This document shows, piece after piece, positions 19,801 through 27,734 of a stretch of 64,000 nt of DNA. This DNA comes from a virus. Lineage: Duplodnaviria; Caudoviricetes. Within the stretch, counting starts at the first letter, position 1; each line of letters starts with the position of its first letter. The stretch lies in the IMG/VR virus record IMGVR_UViG_3300032225_000840, positions 434 through 64,433 of that record; one strand, written 5' to 3'. The translations under genes were made by a program, and so were the position numbers. Under the pieces are notes generated by a model that made no database searches, was not told the DNA's origin, and worked only from the letters and a program-made list of their open reading frames with translations.

Positions 19801-20410
19801 TTTCTTTGACCGTGAAATTGTTAACGCAAGTTTACGTAAACTAGACCCCGAATTGCAATACACTAAGTCTACTTCTGAGCTATCTAAAGTTATAGGTAAC
19901 TATGCAAAAATATCCCCAGCTAAATTAGATTATTTCTTTAATGGCTATTTTGGCTCATTTGCCACACTAACTGCATTAGCCACAAATGATTTGGTTGCAC
20001 AGGCAAGAGGAGTTCCACGCCCCGCTAGATCAGTTAAAGAAATAGCGGCTAGTTTGCCTAGTATGGGTGGGTTTATGGACAAGCAAGAATCAGTCAATGC
20101 GGTTGCTGATTTTTATGAAGCGGCTCGTGAGGTAAATACAACAGTTGATTCGTATCGTGTTAAAGCTAAAGCAGACCGTGAAGCAGCTAAAAAATACATA
20201 AAAGAACCTGAGCACTATAAACAAGCTAAAGTATACGAAGCGGTAACTGGTATCGGTAATGCCTTGGAAGGATTAAAGCGTCAAGAAAACGCTATTTTAG
20301 AGTCTAAGATGAGTTCAGAAGAAAAACGCATTGAACTAGACAAGATTAACAAGAAGAAAGAGAAACTTACTGAGCCTGTTAGACGGGTGCGTAAAGAACT
20401 AGGGTATTAA
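13871..20410 (+). CDS. Giant polyvalent ejection protein (zincin metallopeptidase + ParB-like + LPD38-like domains)
   Basis: 2179 aa; LAHELTH...DEFVAE metallopeptidase, GHEGRHRMIALRDAGIKQVPV ParB-like motif, and C-terminal HDFFFDREIV...ISPAKLDYFFNGYFG. Confidence 0.75.
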   Translation: MDYAVNPDTGEVVFLVNNKWVPPSDYAVNDKGQKAYLVGNRWEVPDIPTPQTGMGATVTDVGKLVGAGAISATTDVPKGVETAAAGMARQTSFAPQDILEYLADPTKITNKLASLVGLDKQLEEQKTLVPENTRKAQELAVDQALTKGKIQALEKLSQYGKGVSKDIEGTVSPEMRQAMRGATPEGNIIKQLDEALVTGDFSGVSFGKAPSAQGYLGLGAKLLGSSLPALIGGVATKSPTTGGVLGGGAAATEAKDTAKEYISKMSDTELEEKSPYYKNLVAQGVNPTEARQLTIDKSGDVAGMYQGLTAALGSAFTTKLLMGQFNKKVIDSAKDRIYNAISGGVKGVAEESTQELMEGVAADLGINKTVVREIGVDSFANLVLGALGGGGPGVVGGLRGEKTPTAPTTPQAPAQKFTTDEQGNLVPVPPAAPPAPIAPISTTAAQPELFTKEEAPYAVTQDETTAAQRQQAEIERNIDALRQQELAATSTDEKIALTEQIAQLESQLPEAPKDRAAALGEEMMTLERKYKELEATRNATKPLKEKGALTEQMNTIRARQTEIIAEGKQLQKQGVSFAPPEGQAALELEVPPVINDTVAQRFGFTPKAVKIREAIRGLDMTKPEDRQKFRDLIEKHERKGAKVDMAAAEDYVNYFEEAPSGDIRTEPISRTGEPSIQVPSEAGAPPTGTTTPVAGGLGSPVKSTGRVAGGEEVLGEDRTAPLKIPVQKVTPAQLSARATPKEDVALGSITGTKLQQNKEFAKRMGYVSTVGGHFVKGAVNKKALAAAEAGDAKGALDALSKSKSPVYRHIAQIAKTIKGLKIVVDDTKIEKTFSKFKEGVDSAKITIANIDALREAKRRVDAGEKLNDVAKSIIQFPKGLTPDVKFDQTLASTLFSNNALFNKDAFYKYVAEQEAMLEGYEESNRYAAGTPVEVEAIPGLYDPETNTVYLNSYFSKYEDVLAHELTHAISHDFVSNPRAKNTPTYKALDKLYQHVLTEFSNKDAYGLTSLDEFVAEGLSNPLFQKELAQIKYENTTAWNKFVESIAKILGLKPDNAFTELLNLTTTAAEKGQFTKRGGNEKLSVALGNDLNLVDKDTAGYTPKRIKNVLNKYAYGTRNEDINTTKAYVGYVSPEDFLKATTRSAEDLKALETDSRSKPLNVEELAGEIQDIFLTLDEDFNLTGHEGRHRMIALRDAGIKQVPVVFMFYSGKNRFERKDQYIPPQKYLMFGGGGRGQKGFTVKELIPITYDNKQKIINKFSAKESQVAFNIIRTPEGQKAEEQFQQAGGVKKPPKPPAFIRKMQEWKSAYDNNMLVGSMFGKLQNAFSFDRAFSNRMRNTLLDIAKKGDATMEQAKTALLRISISQALYRSDFARKFLATGNYKYDATTNRWEAVQDDVNMDKFEGLAKDLAKRLGVDNETALGYMSKGYEAKRVIGFYDDLADTRAEITRTQKKIDVLKNKKRDKAEQKDFDKKKELLKALEDKANELESKAQHMTRAQAMKGMELYNDHPEIKEGAEIWNTIRKRVIKMLVETGVKSEEQAEKWLDEAAYVPFFRDIGEEKASGPQVMTRGIRETMADKRMKGSMLEVENTVGNMYQWVQWSVARAISNKQLTTMLAQYKAVLPDEVRAGKGPPDSTFSVYEDGVQKFYHVADPAIAQAFTGMESVIFPGIGAAMRFKNAFSHVITRVPIFPVAQLVLMDTWSAMSTSGLKHPFGIVKEIAKEVAKTAMGTSEARQKLTAASVLSTHEYSSLTDADDVAKRLDLSKPNAFRRTMNMLDKWAALNDNMLRQAVFAQAKNEGLSDTEAMEKAVEIVNFRRMSGNAVLVFASKTVPFFNAYSQVLDATGRTLSGKGITPQERKTGLAILAATSAKLGILSFLYAAAVSDDEDYQKKNRLVRDRVFVIPGTGGLSVPLRYDLFLLPKIIGEYSYNLMADKGFVDSKMFKDAMARATKKQFEHPMGGVFAPAIGLATNHDFFFDREIVNASLRKLDPELQYTKSTSELSKVIGNYAKISPAKLDYFFNGYFGSFATLTALATNDLVAQARGVPRPARSVKEIAASLPSMGGFMDKQESVNAVADFYEAAREVNTTVDSYRVKAKADREAAKKYIKEPEHYKQAKVYEAVTGIGNALEGLKRQENAILESKMSSEEKRIELDKINKKKEKLTEPVRRVRKELGY

Positions 20411-20432
20411 AAAGGTCCCCGCCGTAGCGGGG
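20409..20432 (-). terminator. Intrinsic terminator at the convergence of the two arms
   Basis: CCCCGC-TACG-GCGGGG then ACCTTTTT on the - strand (UNCG loop). Confidence 0.7.
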
Positions 20433-20495
20433 AAAACCGATAATTCGGTGAAGGAGAAGCAAACCTAAGTTTGCAGTCTCAAATATACCCTACAT

Positions 20496-20696
20496 TCATT
20501 TAATGCGCCAGAACCGTATACCTATTTTTTGGTTTTCTATCGTTTCTTTATGTATTAATTTTATACGGTGTTGTTTTGCTTCTACTAAAATTTGTTCGAT
20601 AAGTGGTTCGGTATCGAGTGCGGGTATAAAAAAAGAGGAGCCCAGCTTCATTGCGTGCCATTCAATTTCGACTGGGACTCCCTCATTTAATATCAT
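20496..20696 (-). CDS. Hypothetical protein
   Basis: 66-aa ORF overlapping the primase stop; ends IGIRFWRIK. Confidence 0.65.
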   Translation of the reverse strand: MILNEGVPVEIEWHAMKLGSSFFIPALDTEPLIEQILVEAKQHRIKLIHKETIENQKIGIRFWRIK

Positions 20697-23526
20697 CTGT
20701 CTTTGGTTTCATTTGCTCTGGGTCAACTAAATCTAGTACAGAATTATCTATTTTTAAAGCGTTTACAGACGGCGTATTAAGTGCGGTACCCTTAGCCATA
20801 GCCTTCTTACCAATCGAGCCACCAGCACCCATTTGGATAAGGCTACGGGTCATATTGCGGTAAGAAATCTGCTTCTCTACGCACCATGCAGCTAGTATGT
20901 CTGAATCTATAAAGATAAAATTAGTATCGGGTTCAAAGCGCACAATAAGGTCGCCATAGGGTTCCTGTAAAGGCGCTTTAGTAAGCCCAGTTCGCTTATC
21001 ATTAGTATCGTCAACAACCAACAGATTACGCATATGAGCATTAAGGAAAGAACCAATATGAGACAAGGCATCCTTGTTGGCTGGTTTAACGCTTTCTCTA
21101 AGTTCGCTAAAGTATTTAACTGCCCATTCCCAAACCCTATCTACTTCGATATTGTGTAAACCTAGTTGTTTAGCAATAATTGCCATAGTAAATGCGGTTG
21201 AAGCGCCAGCCGAATAGAACCGTTGCTTCTGTTTTAACCCTGCTTCAGCATCAAACTTAAGTTGCGTCTTTCTAAGCAAAACCTTTATTTCGGGTAAAGA
21301 AGACACGACGTATTCTAAAAGCGGATTTGCAGCCACCCCATAGTTTTCCATTAAGACGTGCTCAAAAATCTCATCAGTAAACTCTTTAGATAGGGTGTGG
21401 TCAGGTGGAATTTCAACCTCAACAATACGTAGCTGTTCACTCTCAGGGGTTGATTTAAGGGCGGCAATCTTCTCGTGCATACTGGAGTTTCCTGAGAAAA
21501 ATGCTGGTAACGACCAACGAGTATTATTAATGCGTAGCTCGTTTGAGTTAGCCTTCATGCGGTTATTAGACCTACCCTGTGAAACGCCATAGGCAATTGT
21601 ACTAACTGCCTCATTACTCATGTTTGTCACCTCATCCGTGCAGATAGAGATATTGTTGTATACCCCCATCTGATGAAACTGTGACTTCAGCGTATCCCTA
21701 GCAATTAGCATCATATCTACTGGATGCCCCCAAATACTGTTAATAACACGTTGCAAGGTTGTCTTACCACCAGCCGACTCGTTTTCTGTTAAAGAATAGA
21801 TTAAGCCTTTGTAGTTAGTAAACTTAAGTAACGGCGCACCAAGCCCTGCAAAGAATAAGAAAGCTCGTGCTTCTTGACCGGGTCTACCATATACATCCAC
21901 TACGCGCTTCCAGTCGTCTAGGGTACCTTTAGGTTTAAATAAGCTAACAAATTCTAAGGTTGTGTTTGACGGGGGTGAATAACGGACACCGTTACCTGTA
22001 ATCTCTCGGTCACCAAGAATAAATGCCCTGTCGTCATCGCACCAACCGAATTGGGTGCGCATAGTCTCCGCCTCATTGCGTTCTAGTAATGCTTTTGCAA
22101 AATCAGTTATGTAATTCATAATTTTAACCATCTCTGCGGGGTTACCAAAAACCCCGTGTTTACCCACCACATCTTTAAATTTCTCGCTAGACATTAGGTG
22201 TATAGCGGGGCAAGAAAATTCTCGTACCCCATCTTTGGGTAGATGCAAGCGCATCCATACCATTTCACCTAGTTCGGGGTCGTGCATACGCTTAACTATA
22301 TAAAAGTCGTGTTTGAATATAAGCTCGTCTTTTTGAACTTCCTCACCATCGTCTTTAGTAAAGCCCTGTTTATATACCCCACCATTTCTGCCACGAAAAT
22401 ACGGAAACGGAAACTCAGGTATGGTGTAAGTTACTTCTTCGCCCCCTATTTCTACACAAGGTAAAGTGACTACATTGTCTTCAGCCGTAGCCTTAGCAAT
22501 TCGTTTATGTAGTTGTATAGGGGAAGTAATCTTACCTTTATGCTCGCACCCGTCGCATCCCTTTGGGTTGTATCCCTCAATGGTTGTGCAATGATACGGA
22601 CCCTTTGTGTCGTTAGCCTTATTCTCAGTATCTTTCCACGAATAGTCAGGATGTTTTTCTGATAACTTATGAATCGCCGTGTCTCTGTCTTCGCACGCTT
22701 GGGCAATAGAAAGCCCTGCCCTCCATAGCGGTTCCTCAATAACATGCTGGTTTTTATAGATGTGATTTAGTTGTAGACAAGATTTGTTCTTCATAATGTC
22801 GCCAAAGTTAGTCACGTTATTGCCTAACAAAGCACGAGTCGTCTCATCCATTGGACGCTTAGGGGCTTTCTTTAAATCAAGCCCTTCAAGTTCTAAATCT
22901 TTACTTACAAACTTTTTAAAAGCAGCATGAGCAATAGGTTCCGCTTCACTAACCCATTTAACTTCTTTGGGTGGATTAGACTTAAAGTTAAGCGTATCGG
23001 GTACACGCAAAACCATAGCCAAGTCCATAACCTTAGTTGGATCAATTTTTAAACCCTGTTGTACTGCCTGACGTTTAAATAGTGTAGCTGTTTCTTTCCA
23101 TAGTTTAACTTCTAAGGATTCTGTTAATACCCAAGACGCATGAACTCCGTTGCCCGAATTAACAATATTTGGTCTTGGTAAACCTATGGCATTACAAAAA
23201 CGTTTTAATTCTAATAATGCTTCTGCCTGCGTAAGATACCCTTTACCTTCATCTGCGTATTTTTGCCCACAATCTAAATCAAGGAAGAACGCTTTTACCC
23301 ACCCTGCGTTACTTGCCTTTCTATTCTTATCAGTAACAAACTTTGATATACCAAAAAAAACATCTCTTTCAGCATCTAATACTTTTTGTACTAGTTCTTC
23401 AGTACCTTTAATTGTGTCTGCAAAATACGTAATCGGCGGGGTACCTTTTTTATAACTCCCTATACAGTAGTACCCTATACCTTCTTCGGGCAGTACCGTT
23501 GAGAGAAAAAGATTCCATGAGGTCAT
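20683..23526 (-). CDS. Primase-helicase (AEP-like primase, Cys-rich domain, DUF927-like region, P-loop)
   Basis: FFLDLDC, SGNGVHASW, VLRVPDTLN; PYHCTTI..GCDGC; QFGW; ESAGGKTT and DEVTN Walker-like motifs. Confidence 0.8.
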   Translation of the reverse strand: MTSWNLFLSTVLPEEGIGYYCIGSYKKGTPPITYFADTIKGTEELVQKVLDAERDVFFGISKFVTDKNRKASNAGWVKAFFLDLDCGQKYADEGKGYLTQAEALLELKRFCNAIGLPRPNIVNSGNGVHASWVLTESLEVKLWKETATLFKRQAVQQGLKIDPTKVMDLAMVLRVPDTLNFKSNPPKEVKWVSEAEPIAHAAFKKFVSKDLELEGLDLKKAPKRPMDETTRALLGNNVTNFGDIMKNKSCLQLNHIYKNQHVIEEPLWRAGLSIAQACEDRDTAIHKLSEKHPDYSWKDTENKANDTKGPYHCTTIEGYNPKGCDGCEHKGKITSPIQLHKRIAKATAEDNVVTLPCVEIGGEEVTYTIPEFPFPYFRGRNGGVYKQGFTKDDGEEVQKDELIFKHDFYIVKRMHDPELGEMVWMRLHLPKDGVREFSCPAIHLMSSEKFKDVVGKHGVFGNPAEMVKIMNYITDFAKALLERNEAETMRTQFGWCDDDRAFILGDREITGNGVRYSPPSNTTLEFVSLFKPKGTLDDWKRVVDVYGRPGQEARAFLFFAGLGAPLLKFTNYKGLIYSLTENESAGGKTTLQRVINSIWGHPVDMMLIARDTLKSQFHQMGVYNNISICTDEVTNMSNEAVSTIAYGVSQGRSNNRMKANSNELRINNTRWSLPAFFSGNSSMHEKIAALKSTPESEQLRIVEVEIPPDHTLSKEFTDEIFEHVLMENYGVAANPLLEYVVSSLPEIKVLLRKTQLKFDAEAGLKQKQRFYSAGASTAFTMAIIAKQLGLHNIEVDRVWEWAVKYFSELRESVKPANKDALSHIGSFLNAHMRNLLVVDDTNDKRTGLTKAPLQEPYGDLIVRFEPDTNFIFIDSDILAAWCVEKQISYRNMTRSLIQMGAGGSIGKKAMAKGTALNTPSVNALKIDNSVLDLVDPEQMKPKTDDIK

Positions 23527-23613
23527 TGCTATCCTCTAAATTTGCCGACAATAATCCTGTCAGGCTAGTGGCACCTAGCCCTCCAGTTGGCTTACGCCAT
23601 TTATTTAAAACAC

Positions 23614-24477
23614 TTAAGCCCAGTCATCTAAAACTGCGTTGATGTCTTTTGGCGCTTCCTCTAACTTCTTAGGAGTACGCTTTACAGGTTCTGGTGCTTC
23701 TACTTTTGCTTCAGCTTTTGGGGCTTGTGTTAACTTTGGGGCAATATCTAACTCTGCTGGATTTGCACCAATTGCACGCTTGGCTTCAGGTGTTTTACCT
23801 TTTTCTTGGGCGTTAGCAAACTCATCTGCTTCTAAATAACGAAGCGCACGGAAAGTTAACTTGGGTGTAGCACTAGCCGTATCAAAGCGCATTTCGGTGA
23901 CTACGCTGGTAACAGATACATTGTTATTACCTAGCAACCGCACATATGCTTCAAGAGGCATCTTACCGTCAACACCCTTACCAAAAATAGATTGGGCTGG
24001 AAGTGTTAGTTGGTATACATCACCTTGTTGGTCGCTTTCTAATAATACTGCTAAGCGCCGACTAAAACGACAAGCACGACCTTTACCGCTTGGGTTAGAG
24101 CCATCTATATTTTGCGGACAATCTTTGCAAGTTTTAGATTGGGGGTTAGTTGATTTAGTGTTGGGGATGATGCCGTCATCAGAAAAACAATCAGGCAGTT
24201 TAGCGCCTTGACCTTCTGAGAAAGTACCTTCGTAAAAAGTACGAGCATTGTGTGATGCCGCCGCAACAATAATTACAGGCATAGCACGGTCTTCATTTTG
24301 TGCAACTTCTTTACCGCCGACCATCATACGAAATACACTACCTTTAATAGAAATGCGTTTTACATTTGACGGTTCGCCAGTAGGTACGTTACCCATTAAT
24401 GCACGAGTAGTTTCATCAACACCTACCTGCAAATGCGCAGGTAAATTACCTTTTAATAAACTTAGTTCATTAGCCAT
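23614..24477 (-). CDS. Putative ssDNA-binding / annealing protein
   Basis: RISIKG..FR, PDCFS, CKDCPQN, KGRACRFSRRLAV; acidic-aromatic C-terminus LDDWA; sits next to the primase. Confidence 0.55.
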   Translation of the reverse strand: MANELSLLKGNLPAHLQVGVDETTRALMGNVPTGEPSNVKRISIKGSVFRMMVGGKEVAQNEDRAMPVIIVAAASHNARTFYEGTFSEGQGAKLPDCFSDDGIIPNTKSTNPQSKTCKDCPQNIDGSNPSGKGRACRFSRRLAVLLESDQQGDVYQLTLPAQSIFGKGVDGKMPLEAYVRLLGNNNVSVTSVVTEMRFDTASATPKLTFRALRYLEADEFANAQEKGKTPEAKRAIGANPAELDIAPKLTQAPKAEAKVEAPEPVKRTPKKLEEAPKDINAVLDDWA

Positions 24478-24661
24478 TTATATTCTCCTTCATGGTTGTG
24501 GCTGTACTACATAATGCTTCAATGTCCGCTTTTTTAAAGCGTAATTTAGTGCCTACTTTGAAATGCGGTATTTTGCCTTCTCTGCATAGCACATAAATAG
24601 TTTGTCGAGAGACACGTAGTATCTTAGCAACTTCCTCGACTGTCAATGGGGTATTTTCCAT
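24470..24661 (-). CDS. Excisionase-like helix-turn-helix protein
   Basis: LTVEEVAKILRVSRQTIYVLCREGKIPHFKVGTKLRF. Confidence 0.85.
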   Translation of the reverse strand: MENTPLTVEEVAKILRVSRQTIYVLCREGKIPHFKVGTKLRFKKADIEALCSTATTMKENING

Positions 24662-25062
24662 TATTTACTTCTCCTTACAGTAACGGTGTACTTGTTATTA
24701 ACATTCATACCAATTGGCATTAACTTGGGGTTTTCTTCTAAGAACTGCTTCATATTGGTTACGCTTATACGGCGTTCCAATATTTGTGGGATATCGTGTT
24801 CTTTAATGAACTTGTACATATTTTCCCAATCAGAAGTTTCATATCTAGTCTTAACAGACCGATACACCGTTCCATATTGAGTCTTTATGCTATCCGCACC
24901 AATTGATTTGCAAAGTTTCATTAGTTCTTCTTCAACCAAATCCATTTGCGCTTCAATTTTTCTGTCAGCTTCCTCGTATTCATTGAGGAGTTCTTTGCGT
25001 TTGTCACGCATTTTGATATAGGCATTAGCAAGCCTATCTGCTTGTACTTGTGTATCACTCAT
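24661..25062 (-). CDS. Conserved replication-cluster coiled-coil protein
   Basis: Helical N-terminus, SIKTQYGTVY, DW...FIKE; function not assignable by eye. Confidence 0.6.
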   Translation of the reverse strand: MSDTQVQADRLANAYIKMRDKRKELLNEYEEADRKIEAQMDLVEEELMKLCKSIGADSIKTQYGTVYRSVKTRYETSDWENMYKFIKEHDIPQILERRISVTNMKQFLEENPKLMPIGMNVNNKYTVTVRRSK

Positions 25063-25116
25063 TTACTTCTCCTTTTATACTGCTTTTTATTAATTGTACT
25101 GCTTTAATTTTTAATG

Positions 25117-26667
25117 TCAACTAAGTAGTTCCCCGTATAAAGACATAATATTATGTTGTATATCTTGTTTATTTTCAAGTGCTTTATACAGGCGTTTTTC
25201 TACACTACTGCCCTGAAGTCGAATAACAGTACATGGGTTTTTTTGCCCGCTACGATGCACCCTAGCATTTGCTTGTGCATAGGTCTCGTAAGAGGTTATA
25301 GGACCCCACCATACGATTGTATTTGCGGCGTGTAGGGTAACCCCATGAGAAGCCGCTTGGGGCTGGATAATGAGAACCCGTGGGTTTGCCGTTTCTTGAA
25401 ATTTCTTAAAAATTTCGGTACGTTTATTAACAGGCACGCCACCATGAATTAGGTCTACTGTGTAGTTATCTTTTTCAAGGGTTTCTCTAATTACCTCAAT
25501 AGCATGGCGAAATGGTACAAAAACAAGTACTTTATGGCTAGACTCGTCTATTACTTCTTTTAGTACCCGTATGCGATTGCTCGCATCAAACTCTACAATT
25601 TCACCTGTGTCGGAATATACAGCCCCGCTAGACAGTTGTAGTAACTTGTTTAGACTAGCCGCCGCATTAACCGTAGTTATTTCTTCCCCCGCCGCTCGAA
25701 CAAGCAACTGGCTTCGCAAAAGATCATAATACTTTTCTTGTTGGGGTGTTAACGGTACATCTCTAGTTTGAAAGGTTATATCAGGCAAATCTAAGCATTG
25801 TTCTTTTGTAAAACGGATTGCTGGTTGTAATACATTATGTACAACGTTTTCTGCATCGGGTTTAGGCACCCACTTAAACATAGATATGCGGTGCATAACC
25901 ATATCCCTAAAATGGGAATAAAATTTGGGTGTATTTGATGGGTTAACTAACTTGGCAATACCATACGCATCTACTGGGGATTGCGCCGCAGGGGTACCCG
26001 TTAACATCCATAGCCAAGTATGTGGCTTAATTAACTTATTAAGTATCTTCCAACGATTTGTGGTTGGATTTTTATAGGCGTTTGCTTCGTCAATTACTAT
26101 TAAATCAAAATTTGCTTTTTCAATTTCGTCGGCAATAATCTCGATGCCATCGTAGTTAATGATTATAAATTCAACGTCGCTACTAATAATCTTTTTGCGC
26201 TTGTCTCGACTACCATAAGCAATGTCCACTGTACGGTGAATTGCAAAAGAAAACAAATCTGCCCTCCATGCAGAATCCATAATAGATAGTGGGCATACAA
26301 CTAAAACTCGTTTAATTAAACCCAAATTCATTAGGTAGTCTGCCGCCCATATTACGCTTGCAGTTTTACCCGTGCCTTGTTCATTAAAACAAAACCCACG
26401 GCGGTGTAGCGTTAAAAAAGCAGCCGTTGTTTTTTGATGGTCAAACGGCTTATACATCCCCGTCCATTTGTAGTGTGATTCGATGGGGGATGGTACATCT
26501 TTAATTTTTAAGTTTTTTAATACTTGCGCTTCTTCTAAACCCCAATGCACAAGAACTTCATGATAGTTTTCATTGGAAGAAAACAACTTACTTTTAGGGA
26601 TAATACTTGTAATCTTTTCGTGGTCACGTACCTTTAGCAGTAACGCTCGGTCTTCTATGATCTCCAT
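25117..26667 (-). CDS. SNF2-like superfamily 2 helicase
   Basis: EQGTGKT, IDEAN, LTGTP, SHGVTL, QANARVHRSGQ. Confidence 0.9.
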   Translation of the reverse strand: MEIIEDRALLLKVRDHEKITSIIPKSKLFSSNENYHEVLVHWGLEEAQVLKNLKIKDVPSPIESHYKWTGMYKPFDHQKTTAAFLTLHRRGFCFNEQGTGKTASVIWAADYLMNLGLIKRVLVVCPLSIMDSAWRADLFSFAIHRTVDIAYGSRDKRKKIISSDVEFIIINYDGIEIIADEIEKANFDLIVIDEANAYKNPTTNRWKILNKLIKPHTWLWMLTGTPAAQSPVDAYGIAKLVNPSNTPKFYSHFRDMVMHRISMFKWVPKPDAENVVHNVLQPAIRFTKEQCLDLPDITFQTRDVPLTPQQEKYYDLLRSQLLVRAAGEEITTVNAAASLNKLLQLSSGAVYSDTGEIVEFDASNRIRVLKEVIDESSHKVLVFVPFRHAIEVIRETLEKDNYTVDLIHGGVPVNKRTEIFKKFQETANPRVLIIQPQAASHGVTLHAANTIVWWGPITSYETYAQANARVHRSGQKNPCTVIRLQGSSVEKRLYKALENKQDIQHNIMSLYGELLS

Positions 26668-26834
26668 GCACCTCTCCTTTTACACATCTGTATTACATCT
26701 ATTGGGTCTTTCTTTGTGACCTCCGAACAAGCATAAACTTCTTTTTTTGTAATTAGGTAATTAACCCATATACTTATACTTCCAAATACAGTCCACCAAA
26801 ACAAGCACACAGCAACTATAAAAAAGAATCGCAT
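26655..26834 (-). CDS. Small membrane-anchored protein (59 aa)
   Basis: Not in the ORF track. ATG overlaps the upstream TAA; MRFFFIVAVCLFWWTVFGSISIWVNYL...CSEVTKKDPIDVIQMCKR. Confidence 0.6.
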   Translation of the reverse strand: MRFFFIVAVCLFWWTVFGSISIWVNYLITKKEVYACSEVTKKDPIDVIQMCKRRGAWRS

Positions 26835-27250
26835 TACATTCTCCTAAAATCTGACATGGGAATATAAACACAATCTTCTACATCCATAGCATCGCCACGA
26901 TCATATCGCCCACCTTGCCTAATATCATATTCTTGCTTCATCTTGGTTACGTATATTCCGTCTAAGAAACTTACTACCAGCATGAATGGCACGCCTTTTT
27001 CTTTGGAAAGAGCCAAGCCGTTTCTCCACTTATTAGCACTAAGCATATAGGTGGGGTATTTGTTGTAGTTATTGCGCCTTGTTTTGATCTCAACAATTGC
27101 CGCTAATTTCATATCGGGGTAATAAAGATACCCATCAACACCCGCTAGTTCTGCAGTTTTCATGTAGACGCAAGAATAGCTCTCCGATATGTATCGGCGT
27201 ACTTCGTCTTCCCGTTGCTTGTCAGCAGGGGTCTCATATATAGGACGCAT
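26834..27250 (-). CDS. PD-(D/E)xK-like endonuclease
   Basis: VDGYL...IVEIKTRR motif. Confidence 0.6.
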   Translation of the reverse strand: MRPIYETPADKQREDEVRRYISESYSCVYMKTAELAGVDGYLYYPDMKLAAIVEIKTRRNNYNKYPTYMLSANKWRNGLALSKEKGVPFMLVVSFLDGIYVTKMKQEYDIRQGGRYDRGDAMDVEDCVYIPMSDFRRM

Positions 27251-27254
27251 ATCT

Positions 27255-27433
27255 TCTCCAACAAATTATAATTTTGTGTCGGTCTTTCCCGACTGTCCAT
27301 TGGCTCATACACGAGGAAAGGAATCCACGTGAGTAGATCGTTAAGCATGTACGCCAACTGGTGCGGTTTACTATATGAAGGGTTTTAACCCCGCGTTGTT
27401 TAGGCACTCACACCTTATCCCAACAACGTCTTT
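27255..27433 (-). ncRNA. Candidate structured RNA downstream of the HNH gene
   Basis: Intergenic ~180 nt with several hand-found helices; no convincing ORF with an RBS. Confidence 0.4.
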
Positions 27434-27733
27434 CTATTTCTTTTTCTTGCGCTCTTTTGGACTTGTTTCTCCAATTAAATTACGCTTTGAATCTCTATCA
27501 AAAGAACGGTTTTTACTAGCACTTTCTACCCTTACTCCGTCTTTATTTGTACCACCCTTATCAAACGCCTTAACGTGCGCAACATCCATGCCGTCACCCT
27601 TATGAACTTTACCTTCTTTCATTAGCTTGGCACGAGCCTTATTACGTTGGGTGCGCTTTTTAATTTGCTCAGGAGTACCCTGATATTGTTCGTATTCCTT
27701 TTTATAAGGACGTGGTTTATTAACATAGGGCAT
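27434..27733 (-). CDS. Small HNH-type endonuclease
   Basis: GDGMDVAHVKAFDKGGTN...VESASKNRS; basic N-terminus. Confidence 0.7.
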   Translation of the reverse strand: MPYVNKPRPYKKEYEQYQGTPEQIKKRTQRNKARAKLMKEGKVHKGDGMDVAHVKAFDKGGTNKDGVRVESASKNRSFDRDSKRNLIGETSPKERKKKK

Positions 27734-27734
27734 A

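Noticed and set aside
14698-19863. Numerous - strand ORFs inside the giant gene, and similar shadow ORFs genome-wide
   Set aside because: Antisense shadows of long, motif-bearing CDSs.
13871-20410. N4-like virion RNA polymerase using the palindromes as hairpin promoters
   Set aside because: No single-subunit RNAP or DxDGD-type motifs were recognised in the giant protein, and the early genes have consensus sigma70 promoters.
23527-23613. Two short hairpins upstream of the primase gene
   Set aside because: The 6-bp stems are within chance expectation and there is no further support.
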